Below are positions 1 to 14,700 of a DNA stretch of 64,000 nucleotides, in pieces (the stretch's first letter is position 1; each line of letters begins with the position of its first letter). Source of the DNA: Lingula anatina (taxonomy: Eukaryota > Animalia > Brachiopoda); the NCBI GenBank assembly GCA_051362555.1, contig CM120649.1, forward strand, positions 5,208,001-5,272,000, in the 5' to 3' direction. Under the pieces are notes generated by a model. It had not been told where the DNA came from. It made no database searches and saw only the letters and a program-made list of their open reading frames with translations. The position numbers were made by a program, and so were the translations under genes.

Positions 1-3000
1 GCTTTTGGTTCATGATCTAAATCAAGTTTTCCAACTGTTTGTATTAAACTATTTTAAGTAACAATAATGCTATTTGGGGTAAACTATCGGCATGACTGTA
101 ATGCTACTGCGTCTTCGATCACTCAAGATTATGGCATTTTAACGCGTTTCAATTTCAAGTTCACATCCTGAACAAGGTGTCATAACTAACGTTGTAATAA
201 TACTTGTAAAACCATAATCTTAACATTATGAACCTAGCGCAAAGAAGCATATTTATCTGCCAAAATATCGTATTCAAGTGAAGGGGCATTTGTCAATCCT
301 CGATACCACCTTGTGGAACATTGGAACCCTCTTGGAAACAATGGTAAACCAGCTGTACATTTTTCTGATAGCCAAACAACGGGCGTGTCAATATTTACAG
401 TGTGAGACCATACATCGGGGTTTGTTTGCACTTGGGTATGAGCTTTCTCGCCGAAAACGCCGCTGCAATACTGCAGGTATGTGTTACACGCGGGCCCCCC
501 ATTGTCAACGCGATTCATCGCCGCGTTCGATTTTTAATCGCAAGTTAAGCAGCTAATTCCTTTGTCACCCCGTTGTGATCGCCTACTATTTGCTAAACGA
601 CACCAAAGAGGTCGGTTACAAATAAAACACGCCTGCTCGCCTTTGCTTCAATTTTCAAACATCCAATATCTTGATTCTCAAATGACCTGCCTTCTTTCAA
701 ACTCCTGCCTAAGCTTAATTGGCTGTGCCTAATGCGACCTCCTCCTAACGAACTCAATAGAACACCTGCGTCGCGTTCCCAAATCACCGTTTTCTGACCA
801 AGAGTTTTTTTATTTAAGCAGCTAACTCTGGGCAAATTTCCTATATAAAAACTCACGTTCACTGAGACCCCTTTGCGTCGTGTAGTATGACCCTCGGTTT
901 GAAGTCATATACGGCTATAAAAGGGGTCAAGTTGATGGTTATTCTATGAGTTAGGGTCACGGTGTTTGTCCACAGACCGTATTGAAAATACTTCGGCGTA
1001 CTCTTTCATTATTCTGTTCATCGCTTACGATTTGTAGTATGCCAGAGTTATAGAAAATGCCAGGTTAGTGAGAGATGTGGAAATTTATCAGTGGCTTCAT
1101 TCTTCAGAATCCGTAATAAGCACCGACGGACGTAACACATAGTGAAATGTTAAAGAAGCTTTCACAAAATTCAGTCATAATTAAGAGTTCCAATATAATA
1201 TATTCATAGTGGTACACTATATCTTTACTTTCCTCTTTTCTATCACCTTACTTTGATTTACAGCTTTAAATGTAATATTTTCTGATATAGGTTTCTAGCT
1301 GAGTTATAAACGAGCTCATTGTTTTTCCAACAATACTCCAGTACGATATTGCCTTCAGGACGGCCAAGAAAATGTCCGTCTATTATCTCGTCTATCTTCT
1401 TTTATTCAATCCCGGAAATTGGAAAATTTTATCTTGCGTCATTGTTGTATTGTTTCAAACCATTATTCCGCCGACAATCTAAGAAATCATTATTCCATAT
1501 CTGGTTTGATTATTAATAGAAAAATGAAATAAAAACATATGGCACCGCATGTTATTTTGCAGCGGGAAACCGTGAACCTTTGTAAACGTGCGCAAGGCTG
1601 ATAAGAAACGGTTTGAAAGTGCGTTTGTCGGGGGAGATATTATTCCAGATGAGATTTTGTCTCTCCTTCTCAGATAATGCACCATTTAAAAAGATTTCAA
1701 GCGTTAAAGCGGTGTAAATCTGAATGTTTGTCTCAGGTTCAACTGCATCTTGGAGGAATCGATCTGCGTCATTTTCACATGAGTAAAGCCGCACTAGGCG
1801 ATTCCCCATTAAAGCTACGTAGAATTGCCATAGCATGAGTTTGCACTGACAGCGCACGGCTATTAAAACCGTGGTAAACGGATAATTCCGTCTAATGTAG
1901 TAAGTGAGGCGTCTCCCAGAAGGACGCTCGCGATCGTTCCCAGAAATGACCCGAGATACGCAGATTAAGTGCTCCAGGAGACGGAGCGCGGGTTTGGCTG
2001 GCTTACACGTAAACTCTCACTTTGGTAGCGTTCCAGATTATCGCTCAGATGCCATGTACACCACCAGGGGGTGTTTTTTTTCTGTAACAAAATTGTTCTT
2101 GACGGAAAAACGTCGCTTTTAACTACTTGGAAAATAGTTTGGCTGAATGCACCTTTAAATATAAACAATGTGATGTATGTAAAAAAATTCATTAATGACA
2201 ACGATTTTATCATTACTTCAAATAACATCATTATTGTAACCTGAACGGTCCTTGCAAATGCGCAACTTGTAATTACCAATGGACCATCAGTGGGCTACTA
2301 TAACATTGTTGTCGCCATAAATTCTCCATCACATTCAAACACGATAATCGGGTTGTAAGCGCCGTATTTCAGGCTTGATTTCAACGAGATTAAACATCCC
2401 CAGAGAAGGTGTAATCGCACGTAAACTTGGGACGTCTCAATCTAATAACTGATTTGTTACAATCTGCACGCCGTGTTTATACTTGTCGCTGATGGACCAG
2501 CCCGGTTCGGTACTAATTGACATAGAATCTGTTAATTGTAATACGGTCAAAGAAAAACATTTTCTCTGAGATTTAACTTTTAATGTTGGAAGCTTTGAGA
2601 GGCAGCGATGACAGTGTTGTAATCGGAACTTTTATGCTTAAACCTATGTAATAAGGATCATTTTCGCTTCGCTCTATTTGGCGCCAATGTGAACAAACTC
2701 TAGGGTGTTTAAATCAAACCTCAGTGATCTTTACCTATAACTGCAGTCCAGTACGATTTCTTTGATGGCGAGTTCTTGTTCAATATTGACATTTGCCGAT
2801 GAAATTACCTCGTAATTGTTTCATTTGTTTCGCGATCGCTGTGTGGTGATTGTTGAACAGAGAAACAACGTGGTTGACATTCCTTCTTTTTTGTTCTTGA
2901 AAGGAAGGTGGTATTTTATCTTGAGGAGGGCACAGCAAGGCCAAATAACTTGGTCACTATTCGATTTCTGTTTAATTTTCTCATGGACGTTTATGAAATA

Positions 3001-6000
3001 CTCGTTTGCGTCCGTTAAGAAATATTTTTACAGTGCACCCCTTGCCTAGTTTGCTCCTAATCTATGAACTTCGCTATTTTAAAATAAACCCCAGAATAAG
3101 CGTTATAAGCACGCAGACACACCATGTTCCTTTAATGTCTTCTGTTAGTAGCGGACATTCAATTTATACGAAGGTTGCTAAGTTTAACTTCGCCAAAGTA
3201 CCCATTCCCTATTTTAAATCACTTAGATATTTCAGATATTTCAGACAAAAAAAAAACGCGGCATCATCCTATCATCCGGTCTATATCACAGCTAAAGGGT
3301 ATTAGCTCCCAGAGCAAAGCAAAGAATACAAATAACGGCAATAAATTCACAAGTCAATCAACCATTAACTGAGTAATGGGCCTCTGCTATATTTATAAAC
3401 TTCACCGTCTGCCCGTAGCCGCCAGGAGCGCCAAGCGCGCTCTGCACGTGGGAAATAACGAGAGTTCGCTTCGTACGTGCATGGTGGGCAGCAGGTGGGG
3501 ATGTAACGGCTCATACATCATATTTTCCTGAACTGAATGGTTAAAGATGTAAAGATGCGCTAAGGGGTGTGAGGAAAGGCCTGTTGGTATAATCTATTTT
3601 TCACATTTTTTGTGAGTGGTTATTTGTGTTTAAATGATACCATTGCACTGTGAAGTAAAAGGTCCACATGACATAAAAAGACACGTGATATAAGAGGTCA
3701 CGTGATATAGGTGACTAGTCAAAGTGTGGAGGCGATGCGATGCAGCACGGGTAGCATACTCAGTAGGCTTTAAGTGTATCAAATAAATGTTCCAATTAAT
3801 ACCAAACACTAGCTTTGCATCAACATTATACAGGTTACCATAATTAACGACTTGGCATGATTGTTTCTTATTTGTTTAGTCACAAAATTTCAATATACTG
3901 TTCCCATATAACAGACAAACATCACAGTTATAAGGACAAATAATTACACTACAACAGTGACTGTACTAGGACCTATGCAATGAAGTAGCTACAGCAGTGT
4001 TGAACATATTTGAATAGAATAGATACATATCACTGTGCCTTTTTGGTCAATTGAACTCTTCCCGACCGCAATTCCTTTCACTAGTTAAAGCAAGGCCTAT
4101 GCTACAATGCTACGGTCTGTCTGAGGACTTGCACAATACAAGCTTTGTCACTTGACTGCAACAGCTATACATGTACTCATACGTGTGGACATGATAGAAG
4201 ACAAAATTGAGCTATGGGTCGATAAAATAATTGTCAGTTAATAATGATCTACGGGAGTGTAATGCGTATAGTATAAATGGAGCTCAGATTAAAATTGTAA
4301 CTATATAGTACTCAATCGCATCGGTTTTTTTATCGGGGTAGTCAAGAGACGAAATGACAGCGGTAAAGGATTTAATTGCACTGCCAGCATAAGGATAGAA
4401 TTTGAAGCGCACTAGGTTTGGCCGTTACGATCTATTTACATCACGTATTTCTGTAGCTACATTGTAATCCATTTTCACACAAAAACCATCATTAAGGTTT
4501 GGCCATAAATATTTCAGTGGATGGATTACTATAGTAGGCATACGCGCAGATCGAATATTTCTAACGTTATGAAGTAAATTATTCATTCTTTAATGCTGTG
4601 TGTTATGTGTTTCTTTTTCCAGAATTTTTTCCATTCTATACATTATTTGTCTTGGGATAATGGCTCTTTCTCGCTGAGGTAACCTTGAAAGTTTGTTCAA
4701 CGACAATGATTCTTGAAAGTATTGCCGATGTTGTTTGCCTGTAATTTTTTTTTTACAAAAAGACAACTAACGGTAGATGTCTAAGACAACTAGACGACTA
4801 AGACACAAAGTGAAGCTTCTGTTATTTCCTAAATATTCCACACACCCTCATAACTCAATACCTGCATGCATTTGCATCATGTTTGTGCAATTATAGTTTT
4901 AATGCGTTAAATTACAAGTAAAATAATTTGTGAAAATTCCCGTAACTGGGTTAATCTAAACATGGGTGTGTCTGTTGCTCAAGACGTCTAAACTCCAGTG
5001 CAGATGCGTACGCTTCAAAATGACTGCTTTCTTCACATTTTTGTACAATTCATCACACTTGAAAATATGACCCGCTTCTCGTAACCCGTTTCCCCCCGAT
5101 AAGCATAATTTTGAATGTGATTCTTGAGTTTAAACTTTTTACAAGAATGATGCAAGGAAATTACGTAAGCGCAGAGAACAATTGACATTTGTGAGAACGG
5201 ATGTCAGCTGCTCAAGTTTCTTTCTTAATGACCACCTTCCACAAAGCCCCAGACATTTTACACAAAATGGCTTCCTGCTGCCACATTCCGGTCCCGTATC
5301 ATGTCAAAGTTATCAAAGTAAATGACGCACTTCCAAAAGTGAATTATTCCCCTAAGTATTGACTGGCATTGAGGTAGATCTGACTTCTCGTTGTTTGTTT
5401 TGTTGATTATTGCTTTCTTAATAAATGTTAGTTTTGAGTGTTGAACGAGTGATTGTTTGGGCGCAGTGGTAGGCAGGGTTGTGTAGTTTACAGGTATTGT
5501 TTGCTCTAGTTTTTCTCCCAAGACCCAGATTCATATCATTAATTACGTTATCTTGTAGTTCTTCATCACAAATCCACAGCGTATAATCATTTACACAGAA
5601 ACCAATGGCGAACTTAGATCAAATCTTCTAGTATTAACTTAAAACCCTTTGGGAGCAAAATGATTCAACTTGGGACCCGTTTGAACGTGGACCTCGATGT
5701 TCGTCCCTTGTGATGATGCTTGCCACCTGCAAGCATTGCACTGCGCAACTTGTTTAAACAGATAAATATGCTTTCTGGATAATGGCACAAATATGACACT
5801 GGTGTGCGAAAAGCGTTTTTCAGTTTGTGTTACAGTCGCTAATATAGGTAGTCTACAAACATATCCCTTAGGTTAACTAATAAGGTACTCTAATGTGCAA
5901 GAAGCATTCATGACGGGCGTGTCACTTTTAAATTGTTAATTACTTACCAGCAAAACATTTGAAGCATGTGCTTAGAGAACCATGAAGAGTAAATATTAGG

Positions 6001-7937
6001 ATGGATAAAGAGAGAGAGAGAGAGAGAAAGAGAAAGAGAGAGAGAGTTTGTTGTAGTAATATCGAAGCCAATTCATATAACCTGGTAGTAGAAGAATGTA
6101 TTTTAGTAAGAATTTTCCAAATGTTTGATTTATAAATAAAAGCAGTACAGTATGATCAAAATATTTCAAGTTCTGATTCAATCAAAATGACTGTATTGGT
6201 GACATAAACTTCAAACATATTTCAAAATTCTGAACAAAATCCAATAAGATCTGTTATTGATTTATTAGTTCCTAACACAATTTTCTAATCAAATATCACT
6301 CAAATAGTAATTGGTATATAAGATATCTGTATAATCCATTAACTGAGATCCCACCAGCAGTGCTATAAATCCAATATAATAAATCATTAAATAGTTTTGA
6401 ATCATACTTCACAAGTGTCTTTTTGAATAATTAGCTCTTTTGGAACGCTAATTGTATAATGGGCAATGTAATAAGATACAAAATCGGTAAATGTGTACTG
6501 CAATATTGATACTTAATCGACCATGAGATCATTTATGTTGTATTTTAATTTAATCCCAAGCATTAGAACGCTCAAATAGAACGCTGAAGCCTAAGGTATC
6601 CTAACCCCCGTGCCTATGACAATAAACACATTAAATTCGTCGCCCAGTCCATTGACTTACACACGTTCTCTGTGTTCATGAAACAAACAGCCAGAAACCT
6701 CAAGGCATCTTAACCTGTCCACAATAACCCCACGACTCAGCGTCGCAACAAAACTCACTCAAGTGCACTCTCTCACTTCACAGATTATAATAAACGAACG
6801 CTTGAAACCCCTTTAGGGCGCACTCAGTTGCCCTTCTAACCGGCATAATTTGGCCCAAGGTTTCAAACTTGTTTGTCAATTGTCAACGGCGTAACTGAAT
6901 GTAACGTCTTTAAATGCCCGGTGTGTTTTGACAGTGAAATACTGCTCCCCCAGCAGTTTAGATAATCCCCTGGCTAATCCCCTAATCCTTTTGATCCAAT
7001 CTGAGAATCACAGGTAAGCTGTTCCCCTTTGTAGCGGTATTTTGAATCCAGGGTTTAATACAAGGTTTCAGTAGCGTAAGATAAATAGGCTTGTAGTTAA
7101 CTATGACTGGATTGAGTTAAATGGAATGGTTATTGCGTAAAAACCCGACAGCTAGTTTAAGCAAATATAGCCCCATAGGCACACGAGGTATTTTGGGGTT
7201 CAAATAAGAACGTTAACAGTGTAATTGTCCCCTACTTTATAAGGTGGGGTTACCCAATATGGCATTTTTGTAGTCATATATATTGTTACCTGGACAGTCC
7301 CGCCTCCCTACCTCGAAGATGAAGAACAAGATCAAAAGGAGGAATATATATATATATATATTCAATATTGCAGCTTCATATGGTGAACTATGGACACATC
7401 GACATCACTTCACATCATAAACATGTAAACATCACATCTTTGTTTTTGTGTCATTTCGTTACACACACGCGTATATCCAAAGGAGACCCCGAATAACAAC
7501 TCACCTTATAACTCATATTATAGTTTACCTCAAACAAATTTAATTTTATGGAACGGATTTTTCCTCATTTCTTTTGTTAGCAATTCTATCCTATTTATTA
7601 ATATTTGTATTAGTTGAAACCTGAATGAAAATTGACAGTCTCGAATCTTGAATGAATTCTATGGTTCCGAAGGGACAGAATTATACATGAAACTGGAACC
7701 CACTGGGCTTTGTATCGCTCCCTTACAAATAATAAACAAAACTACTGCGTCAAATATGATTAAAATATACTACTTTGTGTCTTATCCACTGGTCTACCGG
7801 TTAGGCTTGCTTGCCAAGTGTATTGCCATTGCCAAATCTGGTGTCAAGGTCGACTGCCCCTTTTACGTAAACTAAATACCAATAGGGTTTGATATTTCCT
7901 CCATTTAAACCACATGATATCCTATCAGAATGGTATC

Positions 7938-8193
7938 GGGCTCATTACCAATGAAACCATCGGTCTACCTAGATCGATCCAACTCTGCGGGCACGCTCGG
8001 TGAATGCAATCAGGTTAACTGATTAACACGGTCCCTCTTGTTTTCAACGCACTTGCGTAATCACCAGCTTCTGTGTATTCTACCCAACGCCAGGAGGTGG
8101 CATATTAATCTGCTAATCTGACTGCATTCAGCTTGAGTCCCCAAGAAAATGGAGCAATCGACGTAGAACGATAGTTTTATCAGGTATAAGCCC
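7938..8193. mobile_element. MITE-like non-autonomous element, copy 1 of a family also at 11516-11780
   Basis: Imperfect TIRs: left gggctcattaccaatgaaaccatcggtctac versus reverse complement of the right end gggcttatacctgataaaactatcgttctac. The body aligns by eye with 11516-11780 (tagatcgatccaactctgcggg...tgcaatcag...ccagctt...tgcattcagc). Confidence 0.7.
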
Positions 8194-10536
8194 ATGGAAT
8201 AACTACGTGCGCCATGGTTTGTCCCTTTCCTTCAGCGTTATACGTTTATACAATTGTGTAAATATATGATTGTTTTATTATTCCAAGCAACAAAATCCAC
8301 TTGTAAGAGACTGTTTTGAATAGCTTTTACTAATACGTCTTCACCTAGCAACTTACATGGTGAAATTGCTGCACCTGGTCAAGAGCATCTCTTTGCGAAT
8401 TAAAAGTACAAGAAAAACACGTAACCGGATATTGTGCTCATCCCAAGTGAAGAAAATATCGATATTAAAAAAACTACATTTTTGAATAAGTAACTCGATA
8501 GACTGGTGTTCTGTCAGTATCAAAATAATGTCTACTGGCGCAGTAAAACTCGTTATTCGTCTATTCATAGCACTCAAATCAAATAACTGTTACCTTGAAG
8601 TTATTAGTCGGCAAATTTAGTTCTTTGCATAGAGGGTATTGGGAAACTCCTTGGTTCAATGGCCGTTAAATGAAAAACAACTATTTCTACAATATCACTG
8701 ATTACCATCTACATCTCCAGTACAGAGAATAACTTGCCTATGGGATTCTGCACTCTTTGAAGGCAAGCAACGCAATTTTTTTTCTTCAAATTTTATTCCT
8801 CCTACCACTCGCGCCGTGGATTAATCCAGCAATTGGGACGAAGATTATCCCGACAATAAAAGAGAGCCCATTACCTTTATTGTTGACATTGCCTTGCTGA
8901 AACCGGCACTGCCATGTTGATAGCCCGTATTGTAAAACCGAAAACCAGTCCTAACACGACCGCTATTGTGAGGCTGATACTTTGAAACTGAGAAGAGGGG
9001 TTCTTCAACCCGATCGGACCCGGTGGGGGTTAGGACAGGGGACAATCCCACGGAACAACACCCACCACTTTTCCACCTGTCGCACATCTTTGCAGCATTT
9101 TTCAAATTCTTTCTATTCTTGTCCCCAATAATGAAGAAAAAGGCATGGGTCCAGTTCATGTGTTACCTACAATTTCGCAGGATTAAACTCTAATAATGAT
9201 TGGACTTATATCGAGGACGTATTAACTTTCAAAAAATGACCTTGAGATCGGTTCGCGGTTATATTGTTCCCAACCCTTGGGAGTAAATTTGGTTCATGCC
9301 CCCCCCTACAAATGCGCCAGTATCTACAACTTTTGTTCACTTCTGTTCACTTTTTTTTTTGTTTTAAAACAATTTCTATATCTGAATATTGTAAATGGCC
9401 TAACCTTAAAAGACGGCTCCAGCCTCTTTTTTTCATGAATTAGTAATGTCATGCATTTAAGAGAAAAAGTCTACAGTCGATCAATAAGTAAGTTAATGGT
9501 ATCTTATGTATTTTGTTTGTGTAATTTTCAGGACATTGGGCATTTTAACCGTTCGTAATGCGTTTCTCAACAAACCAAAGTATTTTTGTCTACTCTTTAC
9601 GGCAAAGATTAAAGCATGGATAAAATACAATAGACAAATATCTTCGATTTTGATCATAGGCATTATTTGTATATGCATTCCTACACAGTCCTCTTCGGAA
9701 ATAGGGCAATGAAAATATCATTTATATCCAAAACTAATTTTGCTCGGGAAATCTTTTTTCATACCCATTTCTGAATATTGATTACAACTTGGTCTACAGT
9801 ACTTTTTTTTCTTTTTTTGCTGCAAATGCATACGCAGTTCTGCAACCAGCGCTTTAATTACAAGGTACAGCCATACGTGTACGAATCGCCATAAAGTTCA
9901 GCCAAAGTATTGAACAAGTATTCCCTTGTGGCCGTCTTTCGACACACAATAACCAAGACAACCCGGGCCTAATCAGGACGGTGTGCTGGTGATTATTAGC
10001 CATAATCTGCTAATCTGCTGCCGACGCCAGTTCTCAAATCTCGTCGATCACAATTTGATTGCTGCGTTTAATGAACACATTGTATGACGAAGCCGCAAAA
10101 CGAATTTCGACTGATACTGTTAGTACGCGTTTCCAAACGTTGTGCAGTGTTTGAGGGTGCTTTTCGACGGTCTTTATCTCTTATTAACGTTAAATCTTCA
10201 ATCAAATCCCAGGTTTAGGAGGTATTTTTCATAGATCTTCCCTTCAAGTTGTAGCATAATAGGTGCGTTTATCCAATGAGTAAACCATGTAAAAGGCTTA
10301 AACACGTACTTCAAGCATCCTCAGAAGCACTTATGCATATATATGATATATGTATTTGACCAATGTACTGCCATCTAAAGGAATTATACACAAACACTCG
10401 TAGCCTTTTTAAACATGCTTAAAAGGTCAACATAAAACATTGATTATAATGTGCCAAAGATTAAGCATCTTGGAGACATTGCAGCCCATTGTACAATATT
10501 GAAAAAAATACAAGTATGATTTGAGCATGTCACTTA

Positions 10537-10711
10537 GGCCCCATTCGGAACAATGGACTAACTAGTTCTAGGGTCAAATATGGCCGACCCACTTGAATAC
10601 TTTCCCAGGGGGAATCTATTCGATGTCTATAACCGGATTAGACGGCAAACTTTTAAGTGGGCCGCAATATTTGACCCTCGTACTTGTTAGTCCACTGTTC
10701 TGAATGCGGCC
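10537..10711. mobile_element. PIF/Harbinger (Tourist-like) MITE
   Basis: About 60-bp imperfect TIRs (ggccccattcggaacaatggactaactagttctagggtcaaatat / reverse complement ggccgcattcagaacagtggactaacaagtacgagggtcaaatat), flanked by TTA on both sides (10534-10536, 10712-10714). Confidence 0.85.
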
Positions 10712-11515
10712 TTAGTATCACCCTAGGTCACCTTTGGTTCCGTTATTGGTCAAGCCAATCCACCCCGTGGTTTCTTTTATCTATTTTTATAAAGTTGTGT
10801 GTTTTCGGGGGTATAGCTTACATGTTTACAACGGCCATTTGACAGTTGTCATAGCAACTGAAAGCGATACCAATCTCATGTGACCAAGGCTCTTTTCTGC
10901 ATACCAATAAACGGGAGCTTAAGTGCTGTCATTAAAGAGTGACCTCTCGCATCGGGGACCATGAGAGTGACCAGGGGGTAATAAGGCATAGGATATCCAT
11001 TACTAAATAAGCTTTTCTTCCCTCGAGGGGTGAAACTAAATACGAGAATATGGGGCTATTTCTTCTTTCTTCCAGATGACACCTTCTGAGCGGGACTATG
11101 GGTTGGGTAAACTGGAGTATTACGTGAATATGTTGGTGAGTCTCATTGAAAGCATTTTCAGAATGAATAAATGACATGACAAGAATACAGGGGATGGGCT
11201 TTTTGGCAGGACCCGTGCGACCTATGGGGATTTCGACAAGATCTTTACCTATAGAAAGCCTGTTTCACTATTGTGTGCTCTTCATTTCCTGCTCACACAG
11301 ATTTCATTTGGCACTTTTGACTCACTTAAAAACATTGAGTTAATCCAACGTCATACTCGATAGAGAATCTATAAGCATTTACATTGCCCTTTACTGAAGA
11401 GCGCAGCGTCGTGTATGCCCTTAACTGAACATTAATACTTAATCAAGCATTAATCTTACATCTTGTACGTACGTTCGTGTTGACAGACATGCCAACTCAG
11501 AAAAGTTAATAGCTT

Positions 11516-11780
11516 GAACCCCACTCCAATAGACACATCGGTCTACGTAGATCGATCCAACTCTGCGGGGACTCTCGCTGAGTGCAATCAGCTTGACTGA
11601 GTGACACGCCGCCTCTTGTTTCCAACGTGCTAGTTAGTATAATAACCAGCTTTTCTGCATTCTACTTAACGACAGGAAGAGGAGTGTTAATCTGTTTGAA
11701 TTAAACTGATTGCATTCAGCGAAGGTCTTACGGAGTTGGATTGATCTACGTAAAACGCCGGTGTCTATGAGAATAGGACC
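11516..11780. mobile_element. MITE-like non-autonomous element, copy 2
   Basis: Inverted arms (tacgtagatcgatccaactc at left, gagttggattgatctacgta at right), TTA after the right end, and similarity to 7938-8193. Confidence 0.7.
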
Positions 11781-14700
11781 TTACATTAAGCTTTCCAAAT
11801 GATGAGGCGGTTTATTACATTCCCCAGTGCACCTACATATCGCAGGTAAAACTTGGAGAAGGGATTAAGTCTCATCAACGGGGTAAAACTGATGCGCAAC
11901 GCAGGCTTGCTAAATTCAATTTTTCCGCAAAGTAAATGTTGGAGATGGATATTCATATAACCAGTGTTTTCCAAAGCGACCACTTTCACGTGACTAATAC
12001 GGCAACACCCTGCAACTATTTTGTGGCCTGCACGATCGCGGGTTAAGGATCATGTGTACCTTGCGCAGAAATCTGGGTCGTTGTCCTTGAAGGTTGGGGT
12101 ATTGAATTAGGGTCGATGTAATACAATCCACTGGAAACGATCTCGTTTATTTGAGAAGTATTGAGGTTTTATCAGCGTTAAGGGCCGATGTTATTGAGAG
12201 CAGTTTTACAAAGCCGATCCAAATTACAATGAATTGTCTCGCAATTAAGTAGTAAATTTTTAAGGTTTGCATGTGAATTTAAATACTAGAATCAGAATGA
12301 TTTCTCTCTTTGAAACTTCGCAACCAGAACAAGGTTGAATTTAAACCCATGTCCGATAGCCCAATTAAAATTTCGTAAGTAAACTACAATGACGTTGTAC
12401 AGGCACTGCTAAGTTTGCTTAGTGCACCGACTGTTTACGGGTTATATAGGACATGTTCAGCGACAGGGAATATGCTGGTAGAGATCTATTACATTATTAT
12501 ACCTGTTATATGCAATGTAATATTACGGCCCCTACGTTTAATATATAGATAGCCTATTATAACGTATATATTTCATGTCACCTACAGTGGTCTGAAATTC
12601 ATACATCTAGCTGCACAAATTTCAACAGTCGCTGGTGAAATACGATTACAATAAATGAGACACTTAGGTAAATGCCACTAGTTTATCAATTATGTTTCAG
12701 TACTTTTTCCTGAGAGTGCACTGATATCTTTTTAAGCGGCGTCCTTGTGATTTCTTCATTCTTTCCCCTGCTATGTATACATGTACAACTCCTATCCCCC
12801 ACCCTCACCCCACCAACCTCCTAACAAGATACATCTCTTACTGTCAGAAATGCATGTGATTCTCACAGAAAGGCATGGAATAATTCAACACATGTGCATA
12901 CTGACTAGAGTAGACGTAATGTTTTTTTTTTTCTTTATCGATCACATTTAAATCTTGGAGTGACACGTGAATACCCCGAGACAAATCTCCAAGTCCCCTC
13001 TCCACTTTAGCCTACCCATCTCCGGCGCCAACGTCAATATTTCATTTAGAAAAAATCTAAATCATGTGCATTAGTCTTTGGTTTATCTTTTAACAGATAA
13101 AAAAATATCATGGACGCAGTCGTTATCAAGTTAACAATAACTCTGGAGCTGTTGCTTGGTCTCCTGTGTACCTCTCATGTACATCTGAAATCTGGCAGGA
13201 ACGAATGTTTTTGTGGCCTAATTGGAAAATAACTCTTAGCAAGACCAATACAGGAGAGAAAATCTATACCAGGCAATCGACCCCTTTGAATACCACAAAT
13301 ACATGAGCACAATGCACCCTGGGTTTATGTGTTGATTTTCAGCAAATCTCCCAACAGGAAGCACTAATTGCTTGCCTTGACACCCGTGACACTGAGGTGA
13401 CTCTGGGTCTGCTCAGACAAAATGGAACGTGACACAGGTCGATCTTTTAACTCGTAAGCTAGTCATCCGGTTAATGAACTAGACCTTGGAGTATATCTGG
13501 GACTCATTTTGAACCCGCTCTCCGCAGGGAGACACCCGCATGGGACTTGCCGGTTATGAATCTCTACTTGAATAATGTTGTCGTTTGATGACGCCTTTTA
13601 GGGTGATTTTCGTTTCAACTTGGACTTTGTCTGAGGGAACCTTAAGCACACATCGTCGGGCAGATAGAGGGGCAGATGGAGTTTGGCTATTGGGGTGCAT
13701 ACCCTCTACATGGCGACCGATGTTGTCCCTGAATTATGTCATTGTTAAGAAAGTCGCGATTCTCGATTCTGGCTGGTCATTTTAAATCATCTTACGTGTT
13801 TTCCCTGAGTGGTTGTCAATGAATCAGCCTTGAAATTACAATGCTTATTTATATATAGTCTGGATTTTTGAGTCAGACCCTCATTTTTATCACTTCGTTT
13901 CGTTCAACTTACAGTTTCATGTTATATGCTATATTAGGATGCAGGTTAGAGTAACAGTTAAATTGTTTGCTTAATCAGTTGGTCAATATTTACACCAAGA
14001 GTCTAAGTGGCTAGAATTCAAACACGGAGCACTTGCTGAGATTTTCAACGTCAAAAATACTTGACATATGATCTAAACTTAAAATCCATTGGTTGTCTAG
14101 AAGAGGTTCATGAGTTGTTGGTTATTCGTTTATGAAGTGTTCTTTGTGAATAACAACGAAAATGATATTAATGTATATGTAAGCCCATTAGCTAATATTA
14201 CAAAGGGCGTGCATTTCGCGAACCAAAGGGAATTCGGATTATTGATAAGAGGCGGTTTAATTTGTGGTAGTGCCTTTTAATTGTGGACCCCACTTCTAAT
14301 AATTAGATAAAACACTCCGCTAATCAAAGAGGGGTAGCGCTTTTGGAACGTGGAGATCTGTCGTGCCCCAGTGGCACATTAAACACAGCTACTGTAGCCA
14401 ACCGTGCCTCGGGTGACTCTCCCTGAACAAAAAAACAACACACTGTATTCCGTTAAACACGTTTCACCCCCCATTAACTCTGAATGGCATAACGATGCCC
14501 CTTTGCCACCGCGGAATTAACATGCACCCGTTGGTGCCAAAGCCATTAGGTATGCATGCCCATGCTAACTCATGGTAACAATAGCCGCCAATGTTCAGAT
14601 TGTTTCTAGTGTTTTAAGTTATTAATTGATGACTGTGGTCTAAGATACATGTAGGGCCTCACAAGTAGACTGTCAAACCGGTAGCGGTCTTTTACTATGT